A stretch of 63,679 nt of DNA, filler included, from Octopus bimaculoides (lineage: Eukaryota), in assembly GCF_001194135.2 (NCBI RefSeq). It is 6 parts of 5 records of this genome, joined end to end, with 100 filler letters (N's around TTAATTAATTAA, not from the genome) between each part and the next. Parts side by side here need not be neighbours in the genome. Positions count along the whole stretch, not along the records: positions 1 to 14,666 come from NC_068984.1; 5 more parts are not named here. One strand, given 5' to 3'. Under the pieces are notes generated by a model, which saw only the letters and a program-made list of their open reading frames with translations, did no database searches and was not told the origin of the DNA. Positions within the stretch are counted from its first letter, which is position 1. The number at the start of each line of letters is the position of its first letter. Made by a program: the position numbers and the translations under genes. Positions 1 through 13,948 of this stretch are shown here, piece by piece.

Positions 1-31
<31 letters not shown>

Positions 32-1209
32 TAACATATATATATATATATATATACTAACATATATTTGCTTATGTATATATACCCATTTTCGAATGTC
101 TACCCATGTATTATATATTTATACATTTACATTTCCCAATGACTTCAAGTGGTGAGATAAAACACAACACGTAACCCCTCATAAGATAACACAATAGGTC
201 ACATTATCAACTATCACAAATGTTAAGTGAGTCATACCACGTCACAGTTTAACGGAATCCCACGAGCGTTGACGTAATCTTACGGAGATGTGGTTTATGC
301 ATTCTTGACGATGAAATATTCTACTCGTGACGTTATTTATTTACATCAGATATGAAAAGAATCAGAGTACCATGAAAATTGTGATTGTGTCTATCAGTTT
401 TCTTTCATTTTTGTTTTTGTTTTTGCAGGTTCTGCTCATTTATTTCCACAAAACAATCTTCATTCTCGTGTTCCCCCTTCCCCTTGTTCTTCTGCCTCTT
501 CCATCCCAGAGAATTTTCAGCCTGGGAAGTATATACAACTTCCAGAAATCTTTGTTGTGCTGCTAGCGCTACTAGGTGACGTTACCAGTAGGAATATACT
601 CTATAGACACGTTGGTAACTTCAGCTAAGCTTGTCCTAAATGCATCTTAGGAAACGAAACATTTCTACACCTACTCGTTCTGTATCCGTACATTGCTAAC
701 TTTTGGAGTTATGTGCAACAGCTGTTGTCACACGTAAAATAGATCCAGCTATCAGCTTAGTTCATTGTGACGATCATCTAGTCACCTTCCTTCGATCGAG
801 GATATTAGTTAGTTTTCCTGTGTCCGGTAGTTACTACGAAACGAATTATATAGTGGACAAGATTCTAAGGTAAAAGAATAGATACTTTCTTTTCGACCAA
901 TTTTGCTCGTAGATGAAGGGGAAAGTGGAAAGGAAAATACCACCGTCATCTTGTAAATTGGCTGAAAGGAAAGTGATATTGGAGACCAGGTCCTGAGGCG
1001 AGCCTGTCAGCAGTATGTGCCTCTAAGAGCTGAGAGAAAGCCCTTGGTATTCAGAGAAATTTTTTTTTTCTCATGTTTCATACTATATAAATACACACGT
1101 TTGTATTTTCATTCCTTATCACACTCCATCATTTGATATTCTTGTTTTAAATAAAGAATCAGAATCATCATTGCTGCCGCTACTGCTGCTGTCACTGCTG
1201 CTGCTGCCG

Positions 1210-1262
<53 letters not shown>

Positions 1263-2268
1263 GCTGTTGTTGTTGTTGTTGTTGTTACTACTGCAAAGTA
1301 TGTTAATAATACTTTAGCCACTCAAAAACTATCGATATTGTCATTAGTGTTCCCAAATAGGAATTTTACATATTTGTTAGAGTTGTGTCATATAAATAAA
1401 AGCAATGCTGATATATTATTCCTAAATTTAAAAATTAAAATTGCATCATGTAATGAAGAAGAAAGGATAGAGAGGTGGCGCTGTAGAGGAGAAACTCATC
1501 GGTTTTGCGATTGAGTGCATCACTCTTTCTGAGATAAAGACTGAAAACAAAAATAAGCCATTTAACCACTACCGCTTTCCTTGATCTTAGTATCAACACT
1601 AACAATATGTTCAGTAATAATGTCAACAGCAAAAACAGCAGCAACCTTGCACCACCTCGTCATTGCATTTATAAGCAAGACGTCAAGAAAGCCGGATACT
1701 ATAGAACCAGGTGGCTTTATGCCTCGAAAGAGAAGAGGCCAAGAAAATAACCAGGTAAACCTACTCCTCCGATGTATTTATTAATGCCGTCCAATATGAG
1801 AAGATGAATAGTCATCACACAGTCAACGGTAGGTCAACTGAGATTAGATATCAATTATTTCATATTGAAGTATGAAGAAGGTGCCAACTCTTGATTAGCC
1901 CCCACAAGAACTAGTTGGAATTCAAAATAGAGATGCAGATACTGCTCCAGCCTGTGAACATTGTAAAGATACCCAAGCTAATTCACTTGAAGAGTGAGGA
2001 TCGGATAATAGATCTGATAGGGGGAAGGAGAGCCAGGTGCAACCACAAGAAGATTTCCTAACATGAACCAGAGTATCACACTCCTTGCTGCTAACACCGC
2101 AATCATGACGTTAAGAGTAACAGCAACAGCAACAACAGCAAAATCAAAACTCCAGTCAAGATATCGAAATGGAGTACTCCGTCATCAAAAAAGGAGGTTT
2201 TATATGAGCACCCTCCTTACCATAATCACAACAGCCCCAAAACAAATAACACATATGAATCAGTCAGC

Positions 2269-2450
2269 CTCTACTCTCTTTCTCCTCTACTCTCTTTCTC
2301 CTCTATTCTCTTTCTCCTCTACTCTCTTTCTCCTCTACGCTCTTTCTCCTCTACTCTCTTTCTCCTCTACTCTCTTTCTCCTCTACTCTCTTTCTCCTCT
2401 ACTCTCTTTCTCCTCTACTCTCTTTCTCCTCTACTCTCTTTCTCCTCTAC
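2269..2450. repeat. 16-bp pyrimidine-rich minisatellite (~11 units)
   Basis: Unit ctctactctctttctc. Confidence 0.9.
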
Positions 2451-3344
2451 TTATTTCTCGTTAAGTGTCGAAGGGTGGGTGCCTGCAGGTCTCAAAGTAA
2501 CTTCCCATCGCCACTACCACAACAACAATATTAACAGCAACAAAACCAATCCAACCTGCAAATCTAACAACGAAACATCAAAGTGAACATAAACAACAAT
2601 AAGAGCAACAACAGTAAAAGGAAAAACAGTCAACCACAACCAAGGTGTCGACGAAAACTTCAGTTTCCGAAAAAAACAACACCCAGTTGATGGGATATGT
2701 AAATCAAAATAGCAAAAACAAAGAGGGAGACACCGTCCAATTCCTCTCAAAAGCTACATGAACGAGGCTCACGGTGGAATATAACAGACATTTACAAAAA
2801 TCTTTCAGTCTCAGTAAGTTTTCTCATGACGTGGTGATTTCCGAAGTCAAAAAGTTCTACACAACCCCCAGTAGGGACTTTTGAGGAAATTCAAAAGCCG
2901 GATTACCAAGGTGTCTACATATGGTCAACTCAATATGTCGTTACTGAGATTCGGTTACCTGAAGTCGACTGAGAAGCAAGGTCATTTGGCTTCTGACACG
3001 CACACACGCTCTTTCCCAAGAACAACAAGGTATAGAAATTTTCTTATCGGCTATGGATCAAGCAGTGTGGCAATGTTGCTTTGGAAAGATCTGGATCTGA
3101 AGGTACAAGAAAGAAGATTTCTCCGAATCTAGATGGCATGTCTGGTCTGTAGTGGTACTGGAGTGAAGAGTAGCGAAATTAATAGTGCCAGTCTAAAGGC
3201 ATAAACAGTGTCTAGAACAATATCTCGCAGTCTTTTTGTTTACATATCTGTCAATATTTTATGTGTTTGTCTAGTTGTCTGTCTGTCTATATTTCTAGTT
3301 ATCTATCTATTTATCTATGTATATTTATATTTCTCTATCTTTCC

Positions 3345-3401
<57 letters not shown>

Positions 3402-4453
3402 TATTCTATTTATTTTAGATGTACCTGTTTGACAAGTGATTTGAATTGACACCGTGTGCTGAAACTGTAACAATTATAACACTTCAGCCACCTGGTCACT
3501 AACAAGATATATACAATCACAAATAGTTATGCAATTTCGAAAACATTTCTTTACAACTAAAGTGATACATGCTTATTGTTTGTAGTACAATATTGTAAGT
3601 GAAAATGCTAATTATGTAATGCTAATTTCTTCAATCAGGTTTCAAAGTAAGTCTTAATGTTCTTTGTAGATTGAAATTTTCACACCCCAAAATAAGAAAG
3701 TAGCTGAATTTGAATTTTATCAAGGATGGCGTTCTGCATACAAAATAATTTATATGTGCGTGTGCTTAATTCAGCTGATTTAAAGTATGTCAGCAATCTT
3801 ACATAGAGATACTTATATGGAGAAACAAAAGTTATAAAATATTGTATTATTTTTAGTATTAATGAATGATACACGGCAGATAGGGTACATACAGTTGTTG
3901 CTTCAGAGGTCTAAAGACTGTTATAATAGCTGTAAAAGTGACATTGAAAAGAATTAATGTCTCTAAGAGCCAGCGAATGAAAAATGCAAATGTTTGCGTG
4001 GTTCGAAGTAAAAACAAATAGATTATTAAGGAGCAGAATGTGAGATATACTGAAGCTAGTGAAGAGGCGTTACTGCGAGTTATTCAGTCACCAAAATCAA
4101 CGCGGTTGTTTAATTAAAGAAAAAGTTACAAAACATAACACAAAAAGGGAATATAGACAGTATTTAAAGCAAAAAATATAATGCGTGGTCGAGCATCGTC
4201 AGGAATAACAAAGATAGAAAATGCAGAAGTGAACAGTCAAAGAAAGACAGATAAAAGAAAGAATTCGAAGGAAAAAGCGATGTAGAAGAGGAAGGAGGAA
4301 CTGGTAAATAGAAATAGGAATAGAAAGTCAAACCATGGAGGGGTCACAGAGGACAAAGTCGGGTGACAAACATCCAGAAACGGGGTATAGCAGGAAGCAA
4401 AAGCTATGAGAAAAATGCTACTGAATGTTGCGCACGGTCGCATGTGTGTATGT

Positions 4454-4509
<56 letters not shown>

Positions 4510-6212
4510 NNNNNNNNNNNNNNNNNNNNNNNNNNNNNNNNNNNNNNNNNNNNNNNNNNNNNNNNGTGTGTGTGTGTGCGTGCGCGTGATGTGTGTGTGT
4601 GTGTGTGTGCGTGTGTGTGTGTATGTGTGTGTGTGTGTGTGTGTGAGAGAGAGCGAGCGAGAGAGAGTCTGCATGTATGTGTTTTCATCGATGTGTTCTA
4701 GACCGTGAGATTCCTGATTTTGTGCAAGGCGATATAACAGTTTTGGGCTGGGCAATCTTATTTTGTCGGTTGGAAGGATATATGTTGTTAAATCAGTGGA
4801 ACGTCAGACTGAAATTCACATTCTAGCAAATGAGTATGACTTGATCTTGTACACTTAAGTGCTCCACCACTTAGGTAAGAAACATGATAAATGGGTTTTT
4901 AATGACTTTGGTTGGCCGACTTCCTTCTAATGAAGAAGAATTATTAAAAAACTGGAGCAAACTATTTGTTTCCCTAACCTTGAGATGTTGAGTTACAGCC
5001 TTATCTAAAGTAGAGATCCGGAAGCCTTTATACAATTTCACCTACCAAGCTGTTCTCATACGCTTCATGTGGATATTTAATACTGGCTTTTCTCGAAACA
5101 CTCTATGGATACATGCACACTTTATCTCTTGTTGTTGTTATTGTTGTTGTTGTTGTTGCTGCTGCTGCTTAGCACAGGTCAGTCCTTAATTCAGCAGTTC
5201 TGTAATCAAAGATACTCCTAGTCTTTTTGTTTTCAGGTATTGTGCATATGAGACTAGAATATTTTATGACCTTCTTTTTTTCTACTACATTCTCTCCTGA
5301 TGACCCCATACACTTGCTGGCTTCCGGTATGCAGAGTTCTCGACTGGTAGCATTTGCATGTGCGAGTTGTTTGCAAGACATGTTTGAAGGAACTTGAGCA
5401 ACTTTTTCTAACAAGTCTAGCGACCATGTAAAAACCCTATCGTCATTTCAACTGTTCCTTCAATATTCTGCATCGTTTGTTATTTACTGATATTTGTCAG
5501 AATTATTATTATTTTTTTTTTCTCAATGAGTTAATGTTGGGAACTAATTATAACTTCTAGCATTACACTCTCTTCGGTCTCTAACGATTTCTATTTACTG
5601 TGTAGAGATGGGACAGCCTTGCAAACAAATGCATTGAAATGCCTGCTTCAGATTCAGTGCTGATGTTTCTTTGTGTTTCTGCGCTGTCAACAATATCCAA
5701 GAGACTCTAGAGCAGGCCTACATGGTTTCTGAATCGATAACCCCAGTGTATGGCACCTTGGAAAAATGTCTTCTGCCATAATCTCAAGTCGAATAAAACC
5801 TAAATAAAACTGTGTGGAAAATTGTTGGATAAAAAGTCCTAGTTCTTCAGAAGCAAGCTCCATTTGTCACCTGGAATTGGACTTCATCAATGTTGAGTGC
5901 TTTTCACATAAACTACCTCATTACTACAACAATCTAACTCACTAGTTATATTCTTTTCGCTGCTTCTGCAGATTCCCATGATTCTCTGTCGCCACCCAAT
6001 TCCATTATTAAGAATTTTAATTGGGAGCTTGTGTCATTGTCAATCTTTCATTTGCAGATTTCACAACCATGGACGCCACCCTTACGGACGCATTGCAGTT
6101 ACTCTCTTGATAGAGGTTGGTAGTCTTGAGAGTTGTTCTTCTAGAATTCCTCCACTCAGCATAAGTGCAAAACGCACTATAGGAAGTTGGCTCAGTTGAG
6201 CTCTTCCGTTAC

Positions 6213-6230
6213 CTCCTCACAATCCGCCAT
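6213..6230 (-). CDS. Candidate first coding exon (MADCEE)
   Basis: Minus strand AACATGGCGGATTGTGAGGAG|GTAACGGAAG: a YY1-like motif over an ATG, a splice donor, and an ETS-like CGGAAG just inside the intron. No downstream exon confirmed. Confidence 0.25.
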
Positions 6231-7391
6231 GTTGCTGCCCCATGACTTCGCCGTATCCCTGGCAGGATGACTGAACGAGTGTTATACCTTGTCAAAGGGT
6301 AGCCCGTAACTATGCAGGGTATGGTCATCACACCATGAGGTATTTTAAAAATATTTGCATACCTTGTGAAATGCCTGCATACCTGGTGAAGGCAGCAGCA
6401 TGTATCTTGCCCACGATACAAATGTTTTTACTTACATCTCTTGATGTCTTGAGTTCAAATCTTTTCTGGGTCGATATAATCGATGCCTGCCACGAATTGG
6501 GTTAATTTGCTTGTCTGTACCTAACCTCCTACAAATTTTTACCATGAAATGGAATAACAAATACATGGACGAACTCTAACTGCACGCCGCACTTCCTATA
6601 GACAGTAGTTCCAGGATGGTATTGTACTTTTACAACCTTTAGCTACTTGGGCGATATTCATATAGCAGTTTCTTAGACAGTATTTACATAAAATCTTTAA
6701 CCTCTTTCCAGACGTGACCTACATGTTCTGCCTTCACTACAGCAACTCTCCGCTTATTCCCACTGATTCTTTCTTGCATTCCAACGTTAATTTATTTCTG
6801 TGTCTCTTCTACACACCACATACTGTGCTAAAGTCGATTCACAACTCCCCGACATATGTGTGTGTGTGTGTGTGAGGCAGAGAGAGAAAGAGAAAGAGAG
6901 CGAGAGAGAGTAAGTGTGTGTGTATACACCATACACCGTGTTATACTATACTATATTATATACGTCTCACCAATACCTCTCACCATCTCCACAACTACAA
7001 TTACAACATTCATTACCACCACAAGTAATGCCCACAAACACAAGCACTATTACAGTTAATTACAATCTCACCTTTTATACCATCGCCACCAATCTTACCA
7101 ACTCACCGGCAACATTACTATGATACCCTCCACTATCTTATCCCTCCCACCGCCGTTCCACTCAGCTGCTTCTATGTACCAGGTGCTGAAACTTGAGAAC
7201 GTCGTGTCACTGGACCGTAAACATCTGACAAACGCTGACACCATTTCAGTAATATAAAAGATAAATTTAATAATTACACAATAACAATAACAACAGTGGC
7301 GACAGTAGTAGCAGGAAAGATACAACAGTACCAAGACCAGGAACTACAACTACCACCACCACCACCACCACCACCATCTTCACTACTACTT

Positions 7392-7449
<58 letters not shown>

Positions 7450-8586
7450 CACCACTACCACTACCATTATGGCTATTACAACTATGTTAAACTCAATTCC
7501 GGTCAAAACTGTATTTTTGCTCACTGTTGATTTCACTGTCAATCTATCTATTTATCTATTTACCTACCTACCTACCTACCTACCTACCTACCTGCCTGCC
7601 TACTTACTTACCTATCTAACTAGCTAGCTATCTGCTTGTTATAGTTTATAAACCTTTCACTATAAACTAAAACGATCACTAAAATTCTCAGGTTATTCAA
7701 TAATAGCTAAAATATAGCTAAATCATGGAAAAATACCCTGGCAATCGCTCTAGAAGCCAGGTGCTCGCGACTGAGGATGAGCCAGGCAGCTCGAAACTGA
7801 GTCAGTCTCGCGATCCTGGTATCTGCTGGAGGATGGTAGAGGTTCGCTCCCCCTGCTAGCAATATATATTGTATATAAAGGGTGCAGCGTCGCATCGATA
7901 ACCAGCTGGCCGACAATCTATCTGGCGTTAAACTATTAGTAACATGGAACAGCAACTATGACGTGGCGAATAACTTTACTTGAAAAATACATAGATTTCA
8001 ATATTTTTATTGTATTTCGTAGGAACAAATTATATAAACTTATATTATCATAATTTCTACTATTATCATTTTTAGTACATTTACACGTGATAAACATTTT
8101 ATCGTCATTATTCATGGCGTGGATACGCTAATATATGCATATATTACTCGAATACAATTTCTTTGATTACAGATGATGTACGCAATCAGAGTATGAAGAT
8201 ATGCCTAATGCAGAGAAGTTAAAATACGACCAAACATCAATGAAACAAAAAGAACTACTGATTGATCACTAATATCATTTGTTCAGCAATCAGCTAGGGG
8301 TGATAATACTGGATGTTTCACCTGTATTTGTGACCATCAATGGAAATATAATTTCCCGGTAATTTATGTAGAATTAGTGATGAAATTTATATGTAAATAT
8401 ACAAAACTGTGTAGTTGTGGATACAGAGTCAGAGAGGCATTTTAAGATGAATGTGGAAGTCGTATTCTTAGAGCTTTGAGTTGCTGAAACCAATTGGAAT
8501 CCATAGGGATTTAGATATATGTTAAAATACTGATAAGCCTGTATGAAATAAACACCACTCCCAGCAAATGTGCATGTTTCTCTCTG

Positions 8587-8656
<70 letters not shown>

Positions 8657-8904
8657 NNNNNNNNNNNNNNNNNNNNNNNNNNNNNNNNNNNNNNNNNNNN
8701 NNNNNNNNNNNNNNNNNNNNNNNNNNNNNNNNNNNNNNNNNNNNNNNNNNNNNNNNNNNNNNNNNNNNNNNNNNNNNNNNNNNNNNNNNNNNNNNNNNNN
8801 NNNNNNNNNNNNNNNNNNNNNNNNNNNNNNNNNNNNNNNNNNNNNNNNNNNNNNNNNNNNNNNNNNNNNNNNNNNNNNNNNNNNNNNNNNNNNNNNNNNN
8901 NNNN

Positions 8905-8950
<46 letters not shown>

Positions 8951-9456
8951 TACGATTAACACAAGTTTATATTATTAGTTCCTTCGTTCGGAAAGAGAAC
9001 TGATATAATTAGTACTTTGTAACTTAATGTAATAAAGTGTTCCCTAATTATCAGTTCTGTTTAAGCCTCCAAATACACTCGAAATAAGTAAGGCATGGTT
9101 CTAAGCAACCATAATTGTGAAACGTCCATAGAAACTAATAATATAAACTTCTGTTTATCCTAATTTTCTACACATTTACTCTGTATTTCATAACTGGTAA
9201 TACTACTAAGTACAGTAGCTGCTTAACCACTAGACTGGAAGTCGACTTGGTTTTAATAATCTATGTGGAACTCTAGACTCTAACATTTGGAGTTGTACAT
9301 TTATTTGTACACATAAGATACTATACACACGAATGCACGTACGTATGTATGTACGTACGTATATATGTATGTATGTATACATATATACGTATGTATGTAT
9401 GTATGTATATATGTATGTATGTATGTATACATATATATGTATGTATGTATATATAC

Positions 9457-9504
<48 letters not shown>

Positions 9505-10453
9505 ATATATATATATATATNNNNNNNNNNNNNNNNNNNNNNNNNNNNNNNNNNNNNNNNNNNNNNNNNNNNNNNNNNNNNNNNNNNNNNNNNNNNNNNN
9601 NNNNNNNNNNNNNNNNNNNNNNNNNNNNNNNNNNNNNNNNNNNNNNNNNNNNNNNNNNNNNNNNNNNNNNNNNNNNNNNNNNNNNNNNNNNNNNNNNNNN
9701 NNNNNNNNNNNNNNNNNNNNNNNNNNNNNNNNNNNNNNNNNNNNNNNNNNNNNNNNNNNNNNNNNNNNNNNNNNNNNNNNNNNNNNNNNNNNNNNNNNNN
9801 NNNNNNNNNNNNNNNNNNNNNNNNNNNNNNNNNNNNNNNNNNNNNNNNNNNNNNNNNNNNNNNNNNNNNNNNNNNNNNNNNNNNNNNNNNNNNNNNNNNN
9901 NNNNNNNNNNNNNNNNNNNNNNNNNNNNNNNNNNNNNNNNNNNNNNNNNNNNNNNNNNNNNNNNNNNNNNNNNNNNNNNNNNNNNNNNNNNNNNNNNNNN
10001 NNNNNNNNNNNNNNNNNNNNNNNNNNNNNNNNNNNNNNNNNNNNNNNNNNNNNNNNNNNNNNNNNNNNNNNNNNNNNNNNNNNNNNNNNNNNNNNNNNNN
10101 NNNNNNNNNNNNNNNNNNNNNNNNNNNNNNNNNNNNNNNNNNNNNNNNNNNNNNNNNNNNNNNNNNNNNNNNNNNNNNNNNNNNNNNNNNNNNNNNNNNN
10201 NNNNNNNNNNNNNNNNNNNNNNNNNNNNNNNNNNNNNNNNNNNNNNNNNNNNNNNNNNNNNNNNNNNNNNNNNNNNNNNNNNNNNNNNNNNNNNNNNNNN
10301 TATATATATATATATATATATATGTATATGTATATGTATGTGTGCGTGTCTGTGTGTCTCTGTGTGTTTGTGTGTGTGGATAGGTTAAATAAAATGAGAC
10401 AACAAAGCCAAGGCAGTGTGAAATTTCTAGGGCATTTTATAAAGAGCAGGGTA

Positions 10454-10501
10454 GTCTTACAGCTGTTTCAGGGATATAAAAGATATCACATCCTCAGAGA
10501 C
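10454..10501 (-). ncRNA. Hammerhead motif with intact core and weakened helix II
   Basis: Minus strand reads gtct-CTGAGGA-tgtgatatcttttatatccct-GAAA-c-agct-g-TA-agac. Helix I is gtct/agac; helix II retains gatat/atatc but is mismatched at its base. Confidence 0.6.
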
Positions 10502-10743
10502 GATATGAGAGAGCTAAATAGAAGGAAATAGTAAAGTTCAATATAAGAGGATACTATGGAAAGGGGGAGATGTAGGACATAGAAAGGGAAATAAAAGAAT
10601 AAAAATAAAGATATGTTGGATGTTATATCTTTATCTTTGTTTTTCTTATATTTCCATTTATACTTCCTATATATATCTCTTTCCATAATAACTTCTTATA
10701 TTGAACTCAACTATTTCCTTCTAGTTAACTCTCTCATATCTTC

Positions 10744-10788
10744 TCTTATGATGAGATAACTTTTATAACCATGAAACAGGTGTAAGAC
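10744..10788 (+). ncRNA. Decayed hammerhead motif (inverted partner of 10454-10501)
   Basis: Reads tctt-ATGATGA-gataacttttataaccat-GAAAC-aggt-GTA-agac. It has a C3>A core mutation and a broken helix III palindrome. Confidence 0.45.
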
Positions 10789-11024
10789 TACCTTGCTCTT
10801 TATAAAATGTCCTAGAAATTTCACACTGCCTTGACTTTGTTGTCTCATTCTATTTAACCTATACACGCTCACAGACGACCCGCGTTAGACACCTCACTCA
10901 TATTATTATCGAACCAGGAGTCTAACAGCGGTCCATCCGTAGAACTTACATAGCCTTACCCGCCTTTTCGATCTTCTGGATACCAAAAGGCAGACAAAGC
11001 TATGTAACTGCTACGGAAGCACTC

Positions 11025-11101
<77 letters not shown>

Positions 11102-11112
11102 TGTGTGTGTGT

Positions 11113-11144
<32 letters not shown>

Positions 11145-11419
11145 ATACACACACATATACACATCTACATAAATGTATATCTGCATACATACATACTTGT
11201 ATGTATGTATGTATGTATGTCATTATTCAGTTTATTTCAAGATTTCTTACTAATAGAGAAACAACCGGTTTCTAACCTAAATCCAAAGCGCCTTCATTGG
11301 AATTTCAACATCAACAACAGGGTATTTTTGTTTGTATGCATGTATGTATGTATGTATGTATGTATGTATGCATGTGCAGATTTGTATGTTTTATGTATAT
11401 ATTCTCATGTATATAGTTG

Positions 11420-12060
11420 CATATCTAGACATGCTCATATATATTTAAATGATAAACTTCTGGAAAGTTTTACAGATTTTTACGGTTCCAGTGATGGATT
11501 GGATCTGTAGTCTTCGAATTAGCTTTCTCCTTTCTGGTTTTGAGAAATCTAACTTCTCAAGTTTGGTATTTNNNNNNNNNNNNNNNNNNNNNNNNNNNNN
11601 NNNNNNNNNNNNNNNNNNNNNNNNNNNNNNNNNNNNNNNNNNNNNNNNNNNNNNNNNNNNNNNNNNNNNNNNNNNNNNNNNNNNNNNNNNNNNNNNNNNN
11701 NNNNNNNNNNNNNNNNNNNNNNNNNNNNNNNNNNNNNNNNNNNNNNNNNNNNNNNNNNNNNNNNNNNNNNNNNNNNNNNNNNNNNNNNNNNNNNNNNNNN
11801 NNNNNNNNNNNNNNNNNNNNNNNNNNNNNNNNNNNNNNNNNNNNNNNNNNNNNNNNNNGGTACCTTCCACCTACATTCCTTTTTATTGTGAGTGGCTATG
11901 GCATTGTAGGTTCTTATTTCTTTGTCCTCAGGATTATTCTTCCGATGAATTTCATTATAGAGTGTCCTAGCTACAACATCATGTCTCATCGGTAGATAAT
12001 ATCGTGATAACATTTTTCGGACAGTTGAAGACCTGAGAACCTGCATATTGCTGAGGATCA
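11420..12060 (-). mobile_element. R4/Dong-like (restriction-like endonuclease) non-LTR retrotransposon 3' remnant, gapped
   Basis: Translations YYLPMRHDVVARTLYNEI (RHD motif) and LIRRLQIQSITGTVKICKTF (typical RLE C-terminus) lie on either side of an N gap. Confidence 0.7.
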
Positions 12061-12069
12061 ACATATAAG

Positions 12070-12280
12070 TTTCAAATTTTGGCACAAGATTAGGAATTTG
12101 GGACGAGGCGTAAATCGATTATGTCAACTCCAGTGCTAAGCTGGTACTTATTTTATCGGCCCCGAAAGGGTAAAAGGTAAAGTCGACCTCGGCGGAATTT
12201 AGCCTCAGAGTGTGGAGACGGACGAAATACCGCTAAGCATTTTGGCCGCTGCAGTAACGATTCTGCCAGCTCACCGTCTT
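12070..12280 (-). mobile_element. tRNA-derived SINE, family A
   Basis: Minus strand has a tRNA-like head (A-box-like tggcagaatcgtt, degenerate B box) and the core gcctttcatcctttcggggtcgataaaataagtacc-like sequence; multiple copies in the window. Confidence 0.8.
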
Positions 12281-12302
12281 ACGGAGAAACATCATATTAC
12301 TT

Positions 12303-12885
12303 TACTAGGAATTACAGAATGAGGCAACTTATCCTCAAAATGATTAATTCAACCATTCTTTTTTGACGGTACTGTGTCTGGGCCGATTTACTTGAATTTG
12401 CTGCAGCAGTCTGCTATGTCAACCATTCAAGAGGTTTTTTGAAGATGTGGAGGCACACCACACAACTATAATAATGTTATGTTTAATCTTCATGAAATTT
12501 TGCCAAACAAATGGATTGGGCGAAGACGTTCAGTAGTGTAACCCCCTCGTTCACCAGACCTTACACCTCGACTTATTTTATGGGGATACTTAAAAGATAA
12601 AGTTTACGGTAGAAAACTGGCGACAATTGACGGAATGGAGGCAGCCATTGAACAAGAATGTACACAAATACCGAATGAAATGTTTCTTGACGCTTGCAAT
12701 TCTATTGCTACGCGTTATAGTCTGTGCCTGGACTAGAAATGGTCATCAGTGTGAAAACAGGCGTTCATAAAGCAATTAAATTCTACCTGTAGATTCTACT
12801 AAATTTTGAAAAGGAATTGTATTTTAATAAGCATTGACTTTATAATCATTCAATATGTGAAAAGGTTTTCTGAGGACATTCTGTA
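12303..12885 (+). mobile_element. Tc1/mariner-superfamily transposon 3' remnant
   Basis: Decayed WIGRR..PPRSPDLTP..FLWGYLKDKVY...IEQECTQIP; ends in a TIR-like gaggacattctgta with terminal TA. Confidence 0.8.
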
Positions 12886-13807
12886 TACATACATACATAC
12901 ATACATTTGAAAATTAAAGATAAAGAGAAAGAAGATAACTATGGACAACTGCTTCGAAACATCCAGCTTTTATATCCAGATTTCACATTTATACCAATAA
13001 TAATTCGTGCGCTTGTTTTTCTGTTGCCTAAGTGATAATCTGGATAAGCTGGGGTTTTCAAAAGAAAACATCAACCAACTTGCTCATTAAAAATACAATT
13101 TGTTGGTGAAAAAGTAAAAATATGCAAGACTTTTCTCAAGTTTAAAATGTGACATTATTTTCGTTCTCAACATTCAAACAACGAAGTTTTGTATCTTTGT
13201 TAGAAACCAGCTCTTTCCTCGGAGAATGAATTTAAATAATTAAAAACAGAAGTGAACATACATACATACATACATACGTACGTACATACATACATACATA
13301 CATACGTACGTACATACATACATATATACATACATATCTACACGCATACATACGCACGCACGTATATGCATACATACATACATACATACATACATACATA
13401 CATTGACACGAAAGAGGATACCTATGGACTATTGATAAGAAGTTTGCAAATCCAGTACCCAAGATACACTTTCCGTTTCATACCTATTATTATTAGAGCA
13501 ACATGGTACATACTAAACCGTCTAAGCAAAGCATGGTTGAATTTGGCATTTTAAGGAGATAATGCAAATCCTTAATTCATATGCTACAAATAATCCCGAC
13601 GTCGGGAATTATAAAAGTCTTCAAGACCTTCTTACGTAGGTGGCCGGTCAAAATTTACTCTAAAAGAAGAAAGAGAACATACATATATGCATACAAAGTT
13701 TCTATCCACAAATAATTGAGCAAATCTTGAGAGTAGAAGAACAAACTTGTCGCGGAATGGACTCAGAAGTGGTTGCAAATTGCAATTCTTAACCACATTG
13801 ACAGGCC

Positions 13808-13888
<81 letters not shown>

Positions 13889-13948
13889 TGACCTAAATGT
13901 GTGAGCATTATGCGTGGACTTGTCAATGTGAGTGCCTATAGTTATTAT

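Larger units (their letters stand above)
10381..10861. repeat. ~480-bp imperfect foldback (two inverted ~230-bp arms, each carrying a hammerhead motif)
   Basis: taggttaaataaaatgagacaacaaagccaaggcagtgtg... at 10381 is the reverse complement of ...cacactgccttgactttgttgtctcattctatttaaccta ending at 10861. Confidence 0.9.

Noticed and set aside
2820-3110. Lipocalin-like fragments (KPDYQGVYIWS; VIWLLTRTHALSQEQ)
   Set aside because: They require frameshifts to join and the resemblance is weak; cannot be supported without a profile search.
3626-3652. 8-nt microexon (ttcttcaatcag GTTTCAAA gtaagt)
   Set aside because: The splice signals look good, but the length is not a multiple of three and no host gene is evident; such matches arise by chance in AT-rich DNA.
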